A stretch of 31,339 bases of DNA from a bacterium (GTDB taxonomy: Bacteria; Zixibacteria; MSB-5A5; GN15; FEB-12), in assembly GCA_043811375.1 (NCBI GenBank), contig JBDRNJ010000048.1, positions 1 through 31,339 of the forward strand. Reading direction: 5' to 3'. A program made the translations under genes and the position numbers. The notes beneath the pieces are model-generated. The model saw only the letters and a program-made list of their open reading frames with translations. It ran no database searches and was not told where the DNA came from. Of the stretch, positions 8,133-16,891 are shown one piece after another. Every line of letters starts with the position of its first letter. Position 1 is the first letter of the stretch.

Positions 8133-8585
8133 CTATTTGGCGACAGATGGCCTTCCGCGTCGCATGGGCTTGCTGATCTTGGGGGGAGGGAGATTTACGT
8201 GATTATCCTCCGCGGCATGACCATCGGAATTAATCAGCAGCATCTCAGCGATCTTGCGCTTGTCGCAGCCAATGGTCAACAACCGAGCCGAGCGGACAAT
8301 CGGCCGTCGCAGAAGAGTGTGATCCTTAGCTATCAGCCTGATGATATCCTGGCGGTCAGGCAGGTGCTTGTCCAGGCGAAACTTCCTGTAAGCATCCGAC
8401 AGCGTATTGAGGAAATGAGTGATCTGAAGGTTACCGATCAGAGCGCCCACTTCCTGTTCGGTCAGAGGCTTTTCGCCGATATCGCGCACTTGCAGCAAAA
8501 CACCGGCATCTTCAATAAACTTCCTGACGTCGGCACTTATACTGTCATCACCGTATGTCACCAACTGCGCGCGTTTGGGAGCCAT
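8133..8585 (-). CDS. ArsC/Spx/YffB-like thioredoxin-fold protein lacking the N-terminal cysteines
   Basis: RDIGEKPLT and LLRRPIV...LTIG motifs. RBS AGGAGG upstream. Confidence 0.72.
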   Translation of the reverse strand: MAPKRAQLVTYGDDSISADVRKFIEDAGVLLQVRDIGEKPLTEQEVGALIGNLQITHFLNTLSDAYRKFRLDKHLPDRQDIIRLIAKDHTLLRRPIVRSARLLTIGCDKRKIAEMLLINSDGHAAEDNHVNLPPPKISKPMRRGRPSVAK

Positions 8586-9014
8586 GATACCTCCTGATAT
8601 CTACCCAATTCCTGATAGCGCTCACGTTTCTTTAACAGGAAAGTACGTACCCGATCCGGGCTGGTAAACTACCCTCGCCCGAAACGAAACTATGAGTGCT
8701 GGTTAGCGGTCGTTTTATCTTATTGCTATACGACCGACCAAAAGACCTTTAATTAAAACAAAATATAGTTACAACTGTCAACAATTATTTGACAACTTTT
8801 TCCCGGCGCCGTCGTCCAATCTGCTCTGCCGGCAGTTGCCGGAATGCAGGAGATGTTACGTGAATAAGGCTCGTGTTGATATTATCGGACAAACCCACTC
8901 TCGGCTTAATCAGCGCCTCCATTGATTCAACGAAGCATTGGCTGAGAAGTTCCCTTGAAATTTCCTGCACCGGCCCGGGGAAACGCGGCATCTTACATTG
9001 CCGGGCGATTGACC

Positions 9015-9941
9015 TTAACGGTCGGTTCGGTTACCGGCGGGGTCAATGTTCATGTCTTCAGGGACAATTACCTGGGCTCGCCCCTCCGAAATCGTCACCA
9101 GTTTCTCAATAACCTCGGTCACGAGGAAATCAGGCGTGGAGGCGCCGGCCGAGATGCCTACCTTCCTGACACCTGTTTCCCCGGCAAACCATTCTTCGTC
9201 AATGTCGTCGGCGGTACCTATCAGAATCCCGCGACTGCAGATGGCATCTGAAATCCTGGCCAGACGTTTGGAATTGGCCGATGTCGTCGAGCCCACTACC
9301 AGCACCATGTCCACGTTAGGCGCCAGATCCATAATAGCAGTCTGGCGCTGGGTGGTGGCGTCGCAGACGGTGTTGAACACTTCTATATGGGGCCACTTCT
9401 GTCTGGCCAGCTTCTCGATCTGAGCAAACTCGGAGACCTGAACCGTGGTCTGGACCGTCAGGCCCAGCCTGGCCTCTGATTCCAGCGAGAGATTTGAAAG
9501 CTCCTCGTGACTACCAACCACGGTGATACTGTCGGGGGCGTGGCCGACAATTCCCCTGGTTTCATCATGAGAGGAATCACCATAATGAATAACATGGTAG
9601 CCGTTATGCACTACCCTGTTGATTATTTTGTATATCCGGCTTACCAGCGGGCAGGTGGCGTCAACCAGGTGCAGACCCCGGGCTTTAGCCGCCTTCTTGA
9701 CGTGCGGAGCCACTCCATGAGCCGAGATGATCAGGGTGCCGCTCTCGACAGCCTCAACTGAGAATTCCTGTCCTATACCCTGTCGGCGGAAACTTTCGAC
9801 CACCGCTTCATTGTGGACTATCTCGTTGAGGATAGTCACCGGTCCCGTTCGGTTGCGAGCCGTTTCCCGGGCAGTCTTGATGGCACGCTTGACTCCCCAG
9901 CAGAAACCGTGGTGGTGGGCCATAATGATCTTTTCGAGCAT
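9015..9941 (-). CDS. ispH: 4-hydroxy-3-methylbut-2-enyl diphosphate reductase
   Basis: GFCWGVKRA, IVHN, SAHG, DATCPLV, HDET, QTT, VCDATTQRQ, SANS, AGASTPD; three Fe-S cysteines present. Confidence 0.96.
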   Translation of the reverse strand: MLEKIIMAHHHGFCWGVKRAIKTARETARNRTGPVTILNEIVHNEAVVESFRRQGIGQEFSVEAVESGTLIISAHGVAPHVKKAAKARGLHLVDATCPLVSRIYKIINRVVHNGYHVIHYGDSSHDETRGIVGHAPDSITVVGSHEELSNLSLESEARLGLTVQTTVQVSEFAQIEKLARQKWPHIEVFNTVCDATTQRQTAIMDLAPNVDMVLVVGSTTSANSKRLARISDAICSRGILIGTADDIDEEWFAGETGVRKVGISAGASTPDFLVTEVIEKLVTISEGRAQVIVPEDMNIDPAGNRTDR

Positions 9942-9982
9942 CTTTTTTTCCGGTCAGTGTCGTCGTGACGGTGGCGCCTGTC

Positions 9983-10597
9983 TCAACTGTCGGCGGTTTT
10001 AGCGTCGCCGACAAAGTGTGTTAGAAAATACTCCAGCAAAGTAGTGTCATCATCAAGCTCGGTATGAAAGGACGATACCAGCGCTCTGCTTTCGGCCAAC
10101 AATACCGGATCACCTTTCAAAGCGGCCAGGCTGCTTACCTCGGGTCCGCAACGAGTGACCCGTGGCGCTCTTATGAAGCTGGCCGAGAGTATCACCTGCT
10201 CGGAGCCAAAGTCAACCGGTAGTTTCTCCTCGAACGAAGACACCTGCCGGCCATAACCGGTGCGGACGATATCTATATCCAGCAGACCCAGCGGTTCGAT
10301 ACCCGCCTGGTTGTCCACCACTTTTTTTGCCAGCATGATCATACCAGCGCAGGTTCCCCAGACCGGTTTTGATTTTCCAAACTCCAGCAGAGGCCGGCGG
10401 AGATGGAAACGGTCGATCAGCATACACATAGTCGTTGATTCACCGCCGGGGATTATCAGGCCGTCCAACCCATCCAGTTCTTCCGGCAGCCGCACCTCTG
10501 CCGGTCGCGCTCCCAGCAACTCCAACTGCCGGCAGTGACACGCGAAATCGCCCTGAACCGCCAGAACTCCGATATGCATACCCGAATAATCAGTCAT
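9983..10597 (-). CDS. pdxT: Pyridoxal 5'-phosphate synthase glutaminase subunit
   Basis: GVLAVQGDF, PGGESTT, GTCAG (catalytic Cys), YGRQ..SFE, FIRAP, FHTEL. Start uncertain (10597 preferred). Confidence 0.93.
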   Translation of the reverse strand: MTDYSGMHIGVLAVQGDFACHCRQLELLGARPAEVRLPEELDGLDGLIIPGGESTTMCMLIDRFHLRRPLLEFGKSKPVWGTCAGMIMLAKKVVDNQAGIEPLGLLDIDIVRTGYGRQVSSFEEKLPVDFGSEQVILSASFIRAPRVTRCGPEVSSLAALKGDPVLLAESRALVSSFHTELDDDTTLLEYFLTHFVGDAKTADS

Positions 10598-10708
10598 TGT
10601 TTGTTTAACAACTTTCAAACCATTTAGTGGCAAGATAACCAGACCGGGAGGTACCGGTCAAGGCGAGTCCGCGACAATCGATCAGGAAGCATTTGATATC
10701 AATTGGGA

Positions 10709-11446
10709 CTAAAAACTCAACTGGCGGGTGGGCGATCCCAGCGGCGGCATCTCATCGTAGGTGCGGCCCTTCAGCAGGCGACCGGTTTTTTTCTTGTTAA
10801 CGCCGCCCCACTGCTTAAAGAAAAAGGCTGTTCCCTGCCTCCGGCACTGGTGTTGGATATCGAGCACCCAGGCCTCTTTCATCGGTCGGGCGCCGGGTCC
10901 GGATTCACCACCGACCACCACCCAGTCGATATTCGTCAGGTCAAGATCAGGTATCGTCCCCAGCAGTGGTTCCATTGACAGGAACTTCACCCCGGCGCCG
11001 GTGGCACGCAAATCGTCGATACGGCTGGTGTACCGGGAGCTTTCGACAGTCACGCCCATCCAGACGTTTTCCGGCCAGTCCAACCGGCTGCTCAACCGAT
11101 GCAACCGCCGGGACCGTTTGGTGAGAATCTGAAACAGGTGCCGGTCGGCACGATGCATGATGTCAAAGACCTGCCGGATAAAATCAAAGGGCACCCGGTC
11201 GTGAAACAGGTCACCCATTGAGTTGGCGAAGATCACCCTCGGTTTTTTCCATTTCAGGGGCTGTTCCAGCACTTCGGGGTGCAGGGTAACCTGGAAACCA
11301 CGGCGGTACTTGGCCACGCCCATCGCCTGCAACCGGCGGGCCATTCGCTCGGCGTAGCAGTGAGCACAACCATCGCTGGCCTTGTCGCAGCCGGTAACCG
11401 GGTTCCAGGTGGACGAGGTCCACTCGATGTGGGAGCTAGACGACAT
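10709..11446 (-). CDS. DUF5131 / phage Gp37-Gp68 family protein (CX6CX2C three-Cys motif)
   Basis: IEWTSSTWNPVTGCDKASDGCAHCYAE, NSMGDLFH, QILTKR, NVWMGVTVE, SMEPLLG, WVVVGGESGPGARPM, FFFKQWGG. Confidence 0.92.
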   Translation of the reverse strand: MSSSSHIEWTSSTWNPVTGCDKASDGCAHCYAERMARRLQAMGVAKYRRGFQVTLHPEVLEQPLKWKKPRVIFANSMGDLFHDRVPFDFIRQVFDIMHRADRHLFQILTKRSRRLHRLSSRLDWPENVWMGVTVESSRYTSRIDDLRATGAGVKFLSMEPLLGTIPDLDLTNIDWVVVGGESGPGARPMKEAWVLDIQHQCRRQGTAFFFKQWGGVNKKKTGRLLKGRTYDEMPPLGSPTRQLSF

Positions 11447-12563
11447 AGTTATTTCGAAACGTCACAATTCTACTTTTCCCCAACGAAACGTCACCAGTCT
11501 TTTTTTCCCGACGTTTGTGACGAGGCAGGTCGATTACAATGTCTCCCTGCTCTTCCAGCAGTAGAAGCGCGTCTTTGATGTTGCTCTCAATATACCTATA
11601 TCCAAGCTTGTGACAGATGTTATAAACTTCCTTCACTGACAGGGTACTGCCGGATAATTCAGACTGCAATCGATTCTTGAGTTTCTCTATCGAGTATTCG
11701 TGAAACGGCATCTCAATTTGGTTTATTCTATACCTTCCGTACCGAAACAACGGGACACCGTCCTTGTCTTTCAGACTGTACGTGGCCATAATTTCCTTCA
11801 TAATCTTGAAAGCAAGAGAGTGCCGCGAGATAAAGACCAAGAAATGGCTAGTCTTCTTACGAACACTGTATTCAACGCCGAATTCGAGAAAATACTCCAC
11901 TTTCCTTGATTTCAGCGCCATTCTTAGCCTTTCCATGATTATGGTCTCCGAAACCTTTGGGCTCACAGAATCGGAAAGCTCGGCCTGTATTTCCTTAAGA
12001 CCATCTGTCCCGAACAGGTCTTGGAGAGCCTGTTGTTGACTCGGATTTCTCAGATTCCGTTGCACACCACTAATGCTGATATAAAAAAGGCTATCACAAC
12101 CCCACCTATGGGTCACAGACTCCAAGAGGTCCAACGATACCCCTTTATAACCCCACGGGTCAATGAAACAAAATGTACAGTCGTCGATAGGCAATTCGGG
12201 AATTAGCTCTCTAGTAATCGATTGGTGATTTACCTCTGGTCTGAAGTGCATAAGAGAATAGGCATGGTGTTCTTCTATGGACTGTTTCAACTCATCGTGA
12301 TTGATCTTGTCATCTTCATAGAAATACGCCCGAAGCTGCTTCTGAAGCTCGTATCGTTTATACACTTCATTAAGTATGAGAAGAGGCGTTGATGGTTTCT
12401 CATCTTTGTATCTCCCCCGTCCCGAAAAGAGATCAAGGTAAGTAAGTTGCTTACACCTAGTTTTCATTATGCTGGCCCAGGAACAAAAATATTTGACGGC
12501 AATCTCGGATTTGATTCGCGATTCCTCGCGCTGTTTATCCCAAAAACTATCTGTGCTCGACAT
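11436..12563 (-). CDS. tcmP: Three-Cys-motif partner protein (TcmP family, methyltransferase-like fold plus probable C-terminal winged helix)
   Basis: K..I..KYFCSW, YLDLFSGRGRY (SAM motif I-like), STPL, FCFIDPWGYKG. Overlaps the DUF5131 start by 11 nt, the pairing typical of this family. Confidence 0.8.
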   Translation of the reverse strand: MSSTDSFWDKQREESRIKSEIAVKYFCSWASIMKTRCKQLTYLDLFSGRGRYKDEKPSTPLLILNEVYKRYELQKQLRAYFYEDDKINHDELKQSIEEHHAYSLMHFRPEVNHQSITRELIPELPIDDCTFCFIDPWGYKGVSLDLLESVTHRWGCDSLFYISISGVQRNLRNPSQQQALQDLFGTDGLKEIQAELSDSVSPKVSETIIMERLRMALKSRKVEYFLEFGVEYSVRKKTSHFLVFISRHSLAFKIMKEIMATYSLKDKDGVPLFRYGRYRINQIEMPFHEYSIEKLKNRLQSELSGSTLSVKEVYNICHKLGYRYIESNIKDALLLLEEQGDIVIDLPRHKRREKKTGDVSLGKSRIVTFRNNYVV

Positions 12564-12740
12564 TCACCACCCCTCGACATCTGTTTATCTATAATCTATA
12601 GTGTATCTAATCACCCGCCAATCACTTTTCTTGCTGAGGAACCAAGACGCGGTCGGAACCACAAGGGACTTGACATGGTGTTTGCGTTCGTGTAGCCGCT
12701 AGCTCAAAGACATAGAAAATAATTCCCAAAAATCAAGAAC

Positions 12741-12766
12741 TGGATTCCTGCTTGCGCAGGAATGAC
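12741..12766. repeat. Solitary REP-like palindrome
   Basis: tggattcctgcttgcgcaggaatgac, one mismatch to 115-140. Confidence 0.8.
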
Positions 12767-12798
12767 GAAACATACTCAGAACTCACCGCAGCGCATTC

Positions 12799-12832
12799 AA
12801 AAAAAAACGGCAGACTCTTTCAAGCCTGCCGT
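12799..12832 (-). terminator. Rho-independent terminator of pdxS
   Basis: Minus strand acggcaggc-ttgaaaga-gtctgccgt followed by a run of T. Confidence 0.8.
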
Positions 12833-12866
12833 AAGAATCAAACATGACAAAAGTGGCGTTACCACT

Positions 12867-13751
12867 TCACCGCGTTTGCAGCAGGTCTTCCTCGGGGATC
12901 GATTGTACCTGCATCCCTTTCATGGCGCTGCCCAGGTTACGGGAGGCTTCAGCCACGATTGACGGATCCTGCCAGTGGGTAGTGGCGCTTACAATAGCCT
13001 TGGCCCGCTTCTCGGGGTTGTCAGATTTGAAGATTCCCGATCCGACAAAAACCGACTCGGCCCCCAGCAACATACACAACGCGGCATCGGCGGGAGTGGC
13101 AATACCCCCGGCAGCGAAATTCGGTACCGGCAACTTGCCGGACTCGGCCACCATCCTGACTACTTCGATCGGCACGCGGTGCTGCTTGGCGACTCCGTAA
13201 AGCTCCTCCGATGGCATCACCGTCAGTGATTTCATTACGGTGCCGATCTCACGCAGGTGTTTGACCGCTTCGGAGACATCGCCGGTCCCGGCCTCACCCT
13301 TGGTGCGAATCAGAGCGGCCCCTTCCGATATCCGCCGCAGCGCTTCACCGAGGTTACGACAACCACACACCACCGGCACTTTCAGGGGCCATTTGTCCAG
13401 GTGATGCTTATTGTCGGCCGGAGTCAGGACTTCGGATTCGTCAATGAAGTCAACCTCCAGCGACTGCAACACCTGGGCCTCGGCGATATGACCGATCCGG
13501 CATTTGGCCATAACCGGTATCGTCACCGAGCGTTTTATGTCCTCGATGACATCCGGATCGGCCATCCGGGCCACGCCCCCTTCGGCGCGGATATCCGAAG
13601 GCACCCTCTCCAGCGCCATCACCGCCACCGCGCCCGACTGCTCGGCGATTTTGGCCTGCTCCACCGAGGTAACATCCATTATGACACCCCCCTTGAGCAT
13701 CTCGGCCAGGCCGACCTTGACCTTGTGCTGCTTATCTTTGAAATCTATCAT
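12867..13751 (-). CDS. pdxS: Pyridoxal 5'-phosphate synthase lyase subunit
   Basis: [77 protein letters not shown]. Confidence 0.97.
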   Translation of the reverse strand: MIDFKDKQHKVKVGLAEMLKGGVIMDVTSVEQAKIAEQSGAVAVMALERVPSDIRAEGGVARMADPDVIEDIKRSVTIPVMAKCRIGHIAEAQVLQSLEVDFIDESEVLTPADNKHHLDKWPLKVPVVCGCRNLGEALRRISEGAALIRTKGEAGTGDVSEAVKHLREIGTVMKSLTVMPSEELYGVAKQHRVPIEVVRMVAESGKLPVPNFAAGGIATPADAALCMLLGAESVFVGSGIFKSDNPEKRAKAIVSATTHWQDPSIVAEASRNLGSAMKGMQVQSIPEEDLLQTR

Positions 13752-13935
13752 AGCACATCTCCTTGCTGGTGTGATCCTTTCCGTCCCGGATCATCCCGGC
13801 CGGTGGGATCACTATCCTATAGAATATACAATGAAGAAAGGATAAGAAACAAGCCCGGATGAGCACCGGTAGTGCCCCGCCCGGATCTGATGTCTGCGGT
13901 TGATCAGACGAGCCGTATCACCCGTCTGGTCGCCT

Positions 13936-14349
13936 CTATCTGGATTTTCGCGTGCGATATTTGCCGAAATGCTGCCTGGTCAGAGCCTTCTTGAAGGAAG
14001 TTTCCTGAGTCTTCCAGAAACCGCGTAACTGGCAAGTGTCATACTGGTCGCAGTTGCAGGCTCTGCCCTCGGTACAGAGATTGAGGTGTACCGGACCATC
14101 GATCGCCTCCATCACATCCAGGAATGTGACTTCCCGAGGTTTGTGGATCAACCGATAACCGCCGGTCACTCCCTGGAAGGAAACCAGGATACCGCCCCGA
14201 GTCAGGTCTTTGAGAATCTTGGCCAGAAACTCGCGTGGGATCGATTCCGCCTCAGAGATGGAATTGATTGAACCCAGACGGCCTGCCGGCAGGTTTGACA
14301 GGTAACGTACAGCTCTGATTGCATAGTCTGATTTGCGTGACAATCTCAT
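13936..14349 (-). CDS. Rrf2-family transcriptional regulator with C-terminal Cys cluster
   Basis: SRKSDYAIRA, FLAKIL..L...GIL.S..G..GGY.L, DVMEAIDG, and CTEGRACNCDQYDTC. Confidence 0.92.
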   Translation of the reverse strand: MRLSRKSDYAIRAVRYLSNLPAGRLGSINSISEAESIPREFLAKILKDLTRGGILVSFQGVTGGYRLIHKPREVTFLDVMEAIDGPVHLNLCTEGRACNCDQYDTCQLRGFWKTQETSFKKALTRQHFGKYRTRKSR

Positions 14350-14549
14350 CTTCTGTTATCCTTCTTGATTAGATCGTGCTATCGATATTCCAACATCGTA
14401 CGGTAATTGTACGAAAAAAGATTATTTAAGTCTACAAAATAATTGCAGAATTGACCATCGGCACCATAATTATTGACAATACCGTCTCCATCGAACCCGC
14501 TCCGGCGATAATTGCCTCACAGCCGGGTAAATCGACGGCAGCGACTTAA

Positions 14550-14647
14550 CCGAGGTGACACAAGGCCACCCCCTACGCGGTCATCGTCCTTCTACCACAG
14601 GGGTTTGATTTACAACTCCGCGTAGCGGTGGGCTTTATGTCCTCCGG
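14550..14647. repeat. Inverted pair of GTAG-type REP-like elements
   Basis: ccgcGTAGggggtggccttgtgtcacctcgg (14580-14550, minus) and ccgcGTAGcggtgggctttatgtcctccgg (14618-14647, plus); each is GTAG plus an imperfect hairpin. Confidence 0.55.
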
Positions 14648-14690
14648 TGCATCACCACATCAAATCGGGGTGATTGTCCCTCTACCCTCT

Positions 14691-14717
14691 TAACCGTTCG
14701 GTTCAAACAGCCGATAA
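14691..14717 (+). promoter_or_regulatory. Candidate sigma28-type promoter of the prepilin operon
   Basis: TAAC (14691-14694) - 15 nt - GCCGATAA (14710-14717), 30 nt upstream of ATG 14748. Confidence 0.62.
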
Positions 14718-14747
14718 TCTATGAAGATAAGCGGAAGAGCGTGAATT

Positions 14748-15509
14748 ATGGATTTGAGTCGACTGTTTTCACAACATGGTTATTCACTGGTAGAGCTTGT
14801 TGTCGTTATTATTATCATCGGCATAATTGCTTCCATATCAATCACTTCCATGAATTCCAGCACCGAGACGGTCCGGGTCGAGAAGACCAAAAAGGAACTC
14901 GAGCAGTTAGCTTTTGCGATTGCCGGTAACCCAAAACTGATTTCGGGTGGCTTTCGGACTGATTTCGGTTATGTAGGCGATATCGGAGCCATGCCATCGA
15001 ACCTGGACGATCTTGTGCAAAACCCGGGCGGGTACACGACCTGGGACGGTCCTTATATCCACGATGACTACTACGCCTCGGCGGGAGCAAGTGAGGTGGA
15101 GTTCAAAATCGACGCCTGGGGGACAGTATATACCTACACCGGCGGAGCTTCGATCACCTCCCAGGGTGGTACGACGCCGATTACACGCGAGATCGCGCCA
15201 TCACTTGACCACATCCTGCGAAACACCGTCTCCGTTGTTGTGATCGATGTCGACAACACTCCTCCCGGAACCATCAATCGTGACTCGGTCAGAATGGTAA
15301 TGTCATACCCCAACGGTTCCGGCGCCATCACCACCCGCACTAAATACCCGGCACCGGACGGATACGTGCAGTTTGACTCGATCCCGATCGGCAGCCACCG
15401 GATACGAATAGTCTATCTTCCTGACAGTGACACATTGACCCGAATAGTTTCCGTCGGACAGGGACAGAATTGCCACCTGACGGTCAGTTTGTTTGGTGAT
15501 TTCTGGTGA
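14748..15509 (+). CDS. Prepilin-type protein 1: GspG-like pseudopilin domain plus beta-sandwich (carboxypeptidase-regulatory-like) domain
   Basis: QHG|YSLVELVVVIIIIGIIA class III signal, GYVGDIGAMPSNLDDLVQNPGGYTTWDGPY...DAWG..Y.Y, and DGYVQFDSIPIGSHRIRI. Confidence 0.85.
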   Translation: MDLSRLFSQHGYSLVELVVVIIIIGIIASISITSMNSSTETVRVEKTKKELEQLAFAIAGNPKLISGGFRTDFGYVGDIGAMPSNLDDLVQNPGGYTTWDGPYIHDDYYASAGASEVEFKIDAWGTVYTYTGGASITSQGGTTPITREIAPSLDHILRNTVSVVVIDVDNTPPGTINRDSVRMVMSYPNGSGAITTRTKYPAPDGYVQFDSIPIGSHRIRIVYLPDSDTLTRIVSVGQGQNCHLTVSLFGDFW

Positions 15510-16858
15510 AAGACATGAGCAGCGGACATTTCAACCAGATTATAGCAGGGCAGGTGTCCCAGACGTCTGCGTCTCAGAGGCAGGTTTCTCCGAGACCTGC
15601 CCTACAAGACCGACAAGCCGGTTTTAGCCCGCAAGCGGGTTTTAGTTTGATAGAGTTGACGATCGTCATTGTGGTGATCGGTGTCCTGGCAACGATTGCC
15701 ATGCAGTCGATGGCTCCTCTGGTCGAAGATAGCCGCCGGACAAAAACCGAGCGCGAGATGGAGATGCTGGCTGAGGCTATTGTGGGTAATGCTTCGATAA
15801 CCACTGCCGGTAAGCGTTCCGACTTTGGGTATGTCGGCGACGTCGGTGCGTTCCCGACAAATCTTCAGGCGCTATATCAGAACCCCGGCAGCTATGCCAC
15901 CTGGGATGGACCGTATGTTGACCCCGGCATCTCACAGGATTCCACCGGCTTCAAAACGGATGAATGGGGTACGTTGTATCAGTACAGCGGTGGTATCACG
16001 ATCACTTCCACTGGTAGTGGGTTAACCATCGCTAAGAAGATCGCTGATGCAACATCGGACTATCTTCTTAATACGCTTAACGGTAGCATCGAAGATGCTG
16101 CCGGCAATCCCCCGGGAGTGATCTATGACGATTCGATTGACATCCTGATAACGATCCCCGATGGCTCCGGAAATATGACGACCAAGACATACCACCCCGA
16201 TTCAGCCGGGGCTTTTGTTCTTGATTCGCTCCCCGCCGGGACACACTCACTGCGAGTAATCTTCACGCCCGACGCGGACACTCTTTTCAGGTATGTAACA
16301 ATACTGCCCCGGTACCGAGGCTCCTCTATCTGCCGGTTCTCTACGGACTACTTTGCGGGCGGTGACGATGATTGCAGCGGGAGCGGCGCCGATACACTGC
16401 GCCCAACTGGTGCTGGAACCACAACCCAGTTGGTTACTGACGGTTGCACATCAAACTGGGAGTGCGTTGATGATATCACCGCCGATGGGGACAACACGTA
16501 TGTGAAATCATCGGGTGTCTCCTACGGTACGGACACGTATCAGACCGATGATCCCCCCGACACCTCATGCACGATCACCTCAGTGACCGTCTATGTCGGA
16601 GCCAAAAAAGATGTAAAAACGTCCTACGCTAAGGCCGTCTTGCGAACCTACGGCAGCCTCTACGAAGGGCTTCAAGAGGCTCTCGGACCGGCATATGCGG
16701 ACTACAGTAACCAATGGACGACCAACCCGACTACAGGCGTTGCGTGGACATGGACAGAGATCAAGGATATGGAGATCGGCGTCAGTCTGTACTCAACCAA
16801 CTCGAGCTACCCAAGCCGATGCACGCAGGTCTGGGTGGTGGTCGAGTATTCGAACTGA
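15506..16858 (+). CDS. Prepilin-type protein 2: GspG-like plus beta-sandwich plus extra Cys-containing distal domain
   Basis: QAG|FSLIELTIVIVVIGVLA; same core as protein 1; about 165-aa extension (TLRPTGAG...NWECVDD...NPTTGVAWTWTEIKDMEIGV). GTG start overlaps the previous TGA; alternative ATG at 15515. Confidence 0.85.
   Translation: MKDMSSGHFNQIIAGQVSQTSASQRQVSPRPALQDRQAGFSPQAGFSLIELTIVIVVIGVLATIAMQSMAPLVEDSRRTKTEREMEMLAEAIVGNASITTAGKRSDFGYVGDVGAFPTNLQALYQNPGSYATWDGPYVDPGISQDSTGFKTDEWGTLYQYSGGITITSTGSGLTIAKKIADATSDYLLNTLNGSIEDAAGNPPGVIYDDSIDILITIPDGSGNMTTKTYHPDSAGAFVLDSLPAGTHSLRVIFTPDADTLFRYVTILPRYRGSSICRFSTDYFAGGDDDCSGSGADTLRPTGAGTTTQLVTDGCTSNWECVDDITADGDNTYVKSSGVSYGTDTYQTDDPPDTSCTITSVTVYVGAKKDVKTSYAKAVLRTYGSLYEGLQEALGPAYADYSNQWTTNPTTGVAWTWTEIKDMEIGVSLYSTNSSYPSRCTQVWVVVEYSN
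15545..15605. repeat. GTAG-type REP doublet (REPIN-like) inside the leader-peptide coding region of prepilin 2
   Basis: gcagggcaggtgtcccagacgtctgc (15545-15570) facing ggcaggtttctccgagacctgccCTAC (15579-15605; GTAG plus ggcaggt/acctgcc hairpin on the minus strand). Confidence 0.55.
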
Positions 16859-16891
16859 GGTATCCCCCTGGTGAGCCTGGCGGTAGAAGAT

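Noticed and set aside
8590..9010. ncRNA or riboswitch in the long intergenic region
   Set aside because: Hairpins are present, but I cannot match them to any known family without a covariance search.
14350..14690. c-di-GMP or other riboswitch upstream of the prepilin operon
   Set aside because: No recognisable aptamer core. The visible structure is explained by a GTAG REP pair, and the candidate promoter lies downstream of it.
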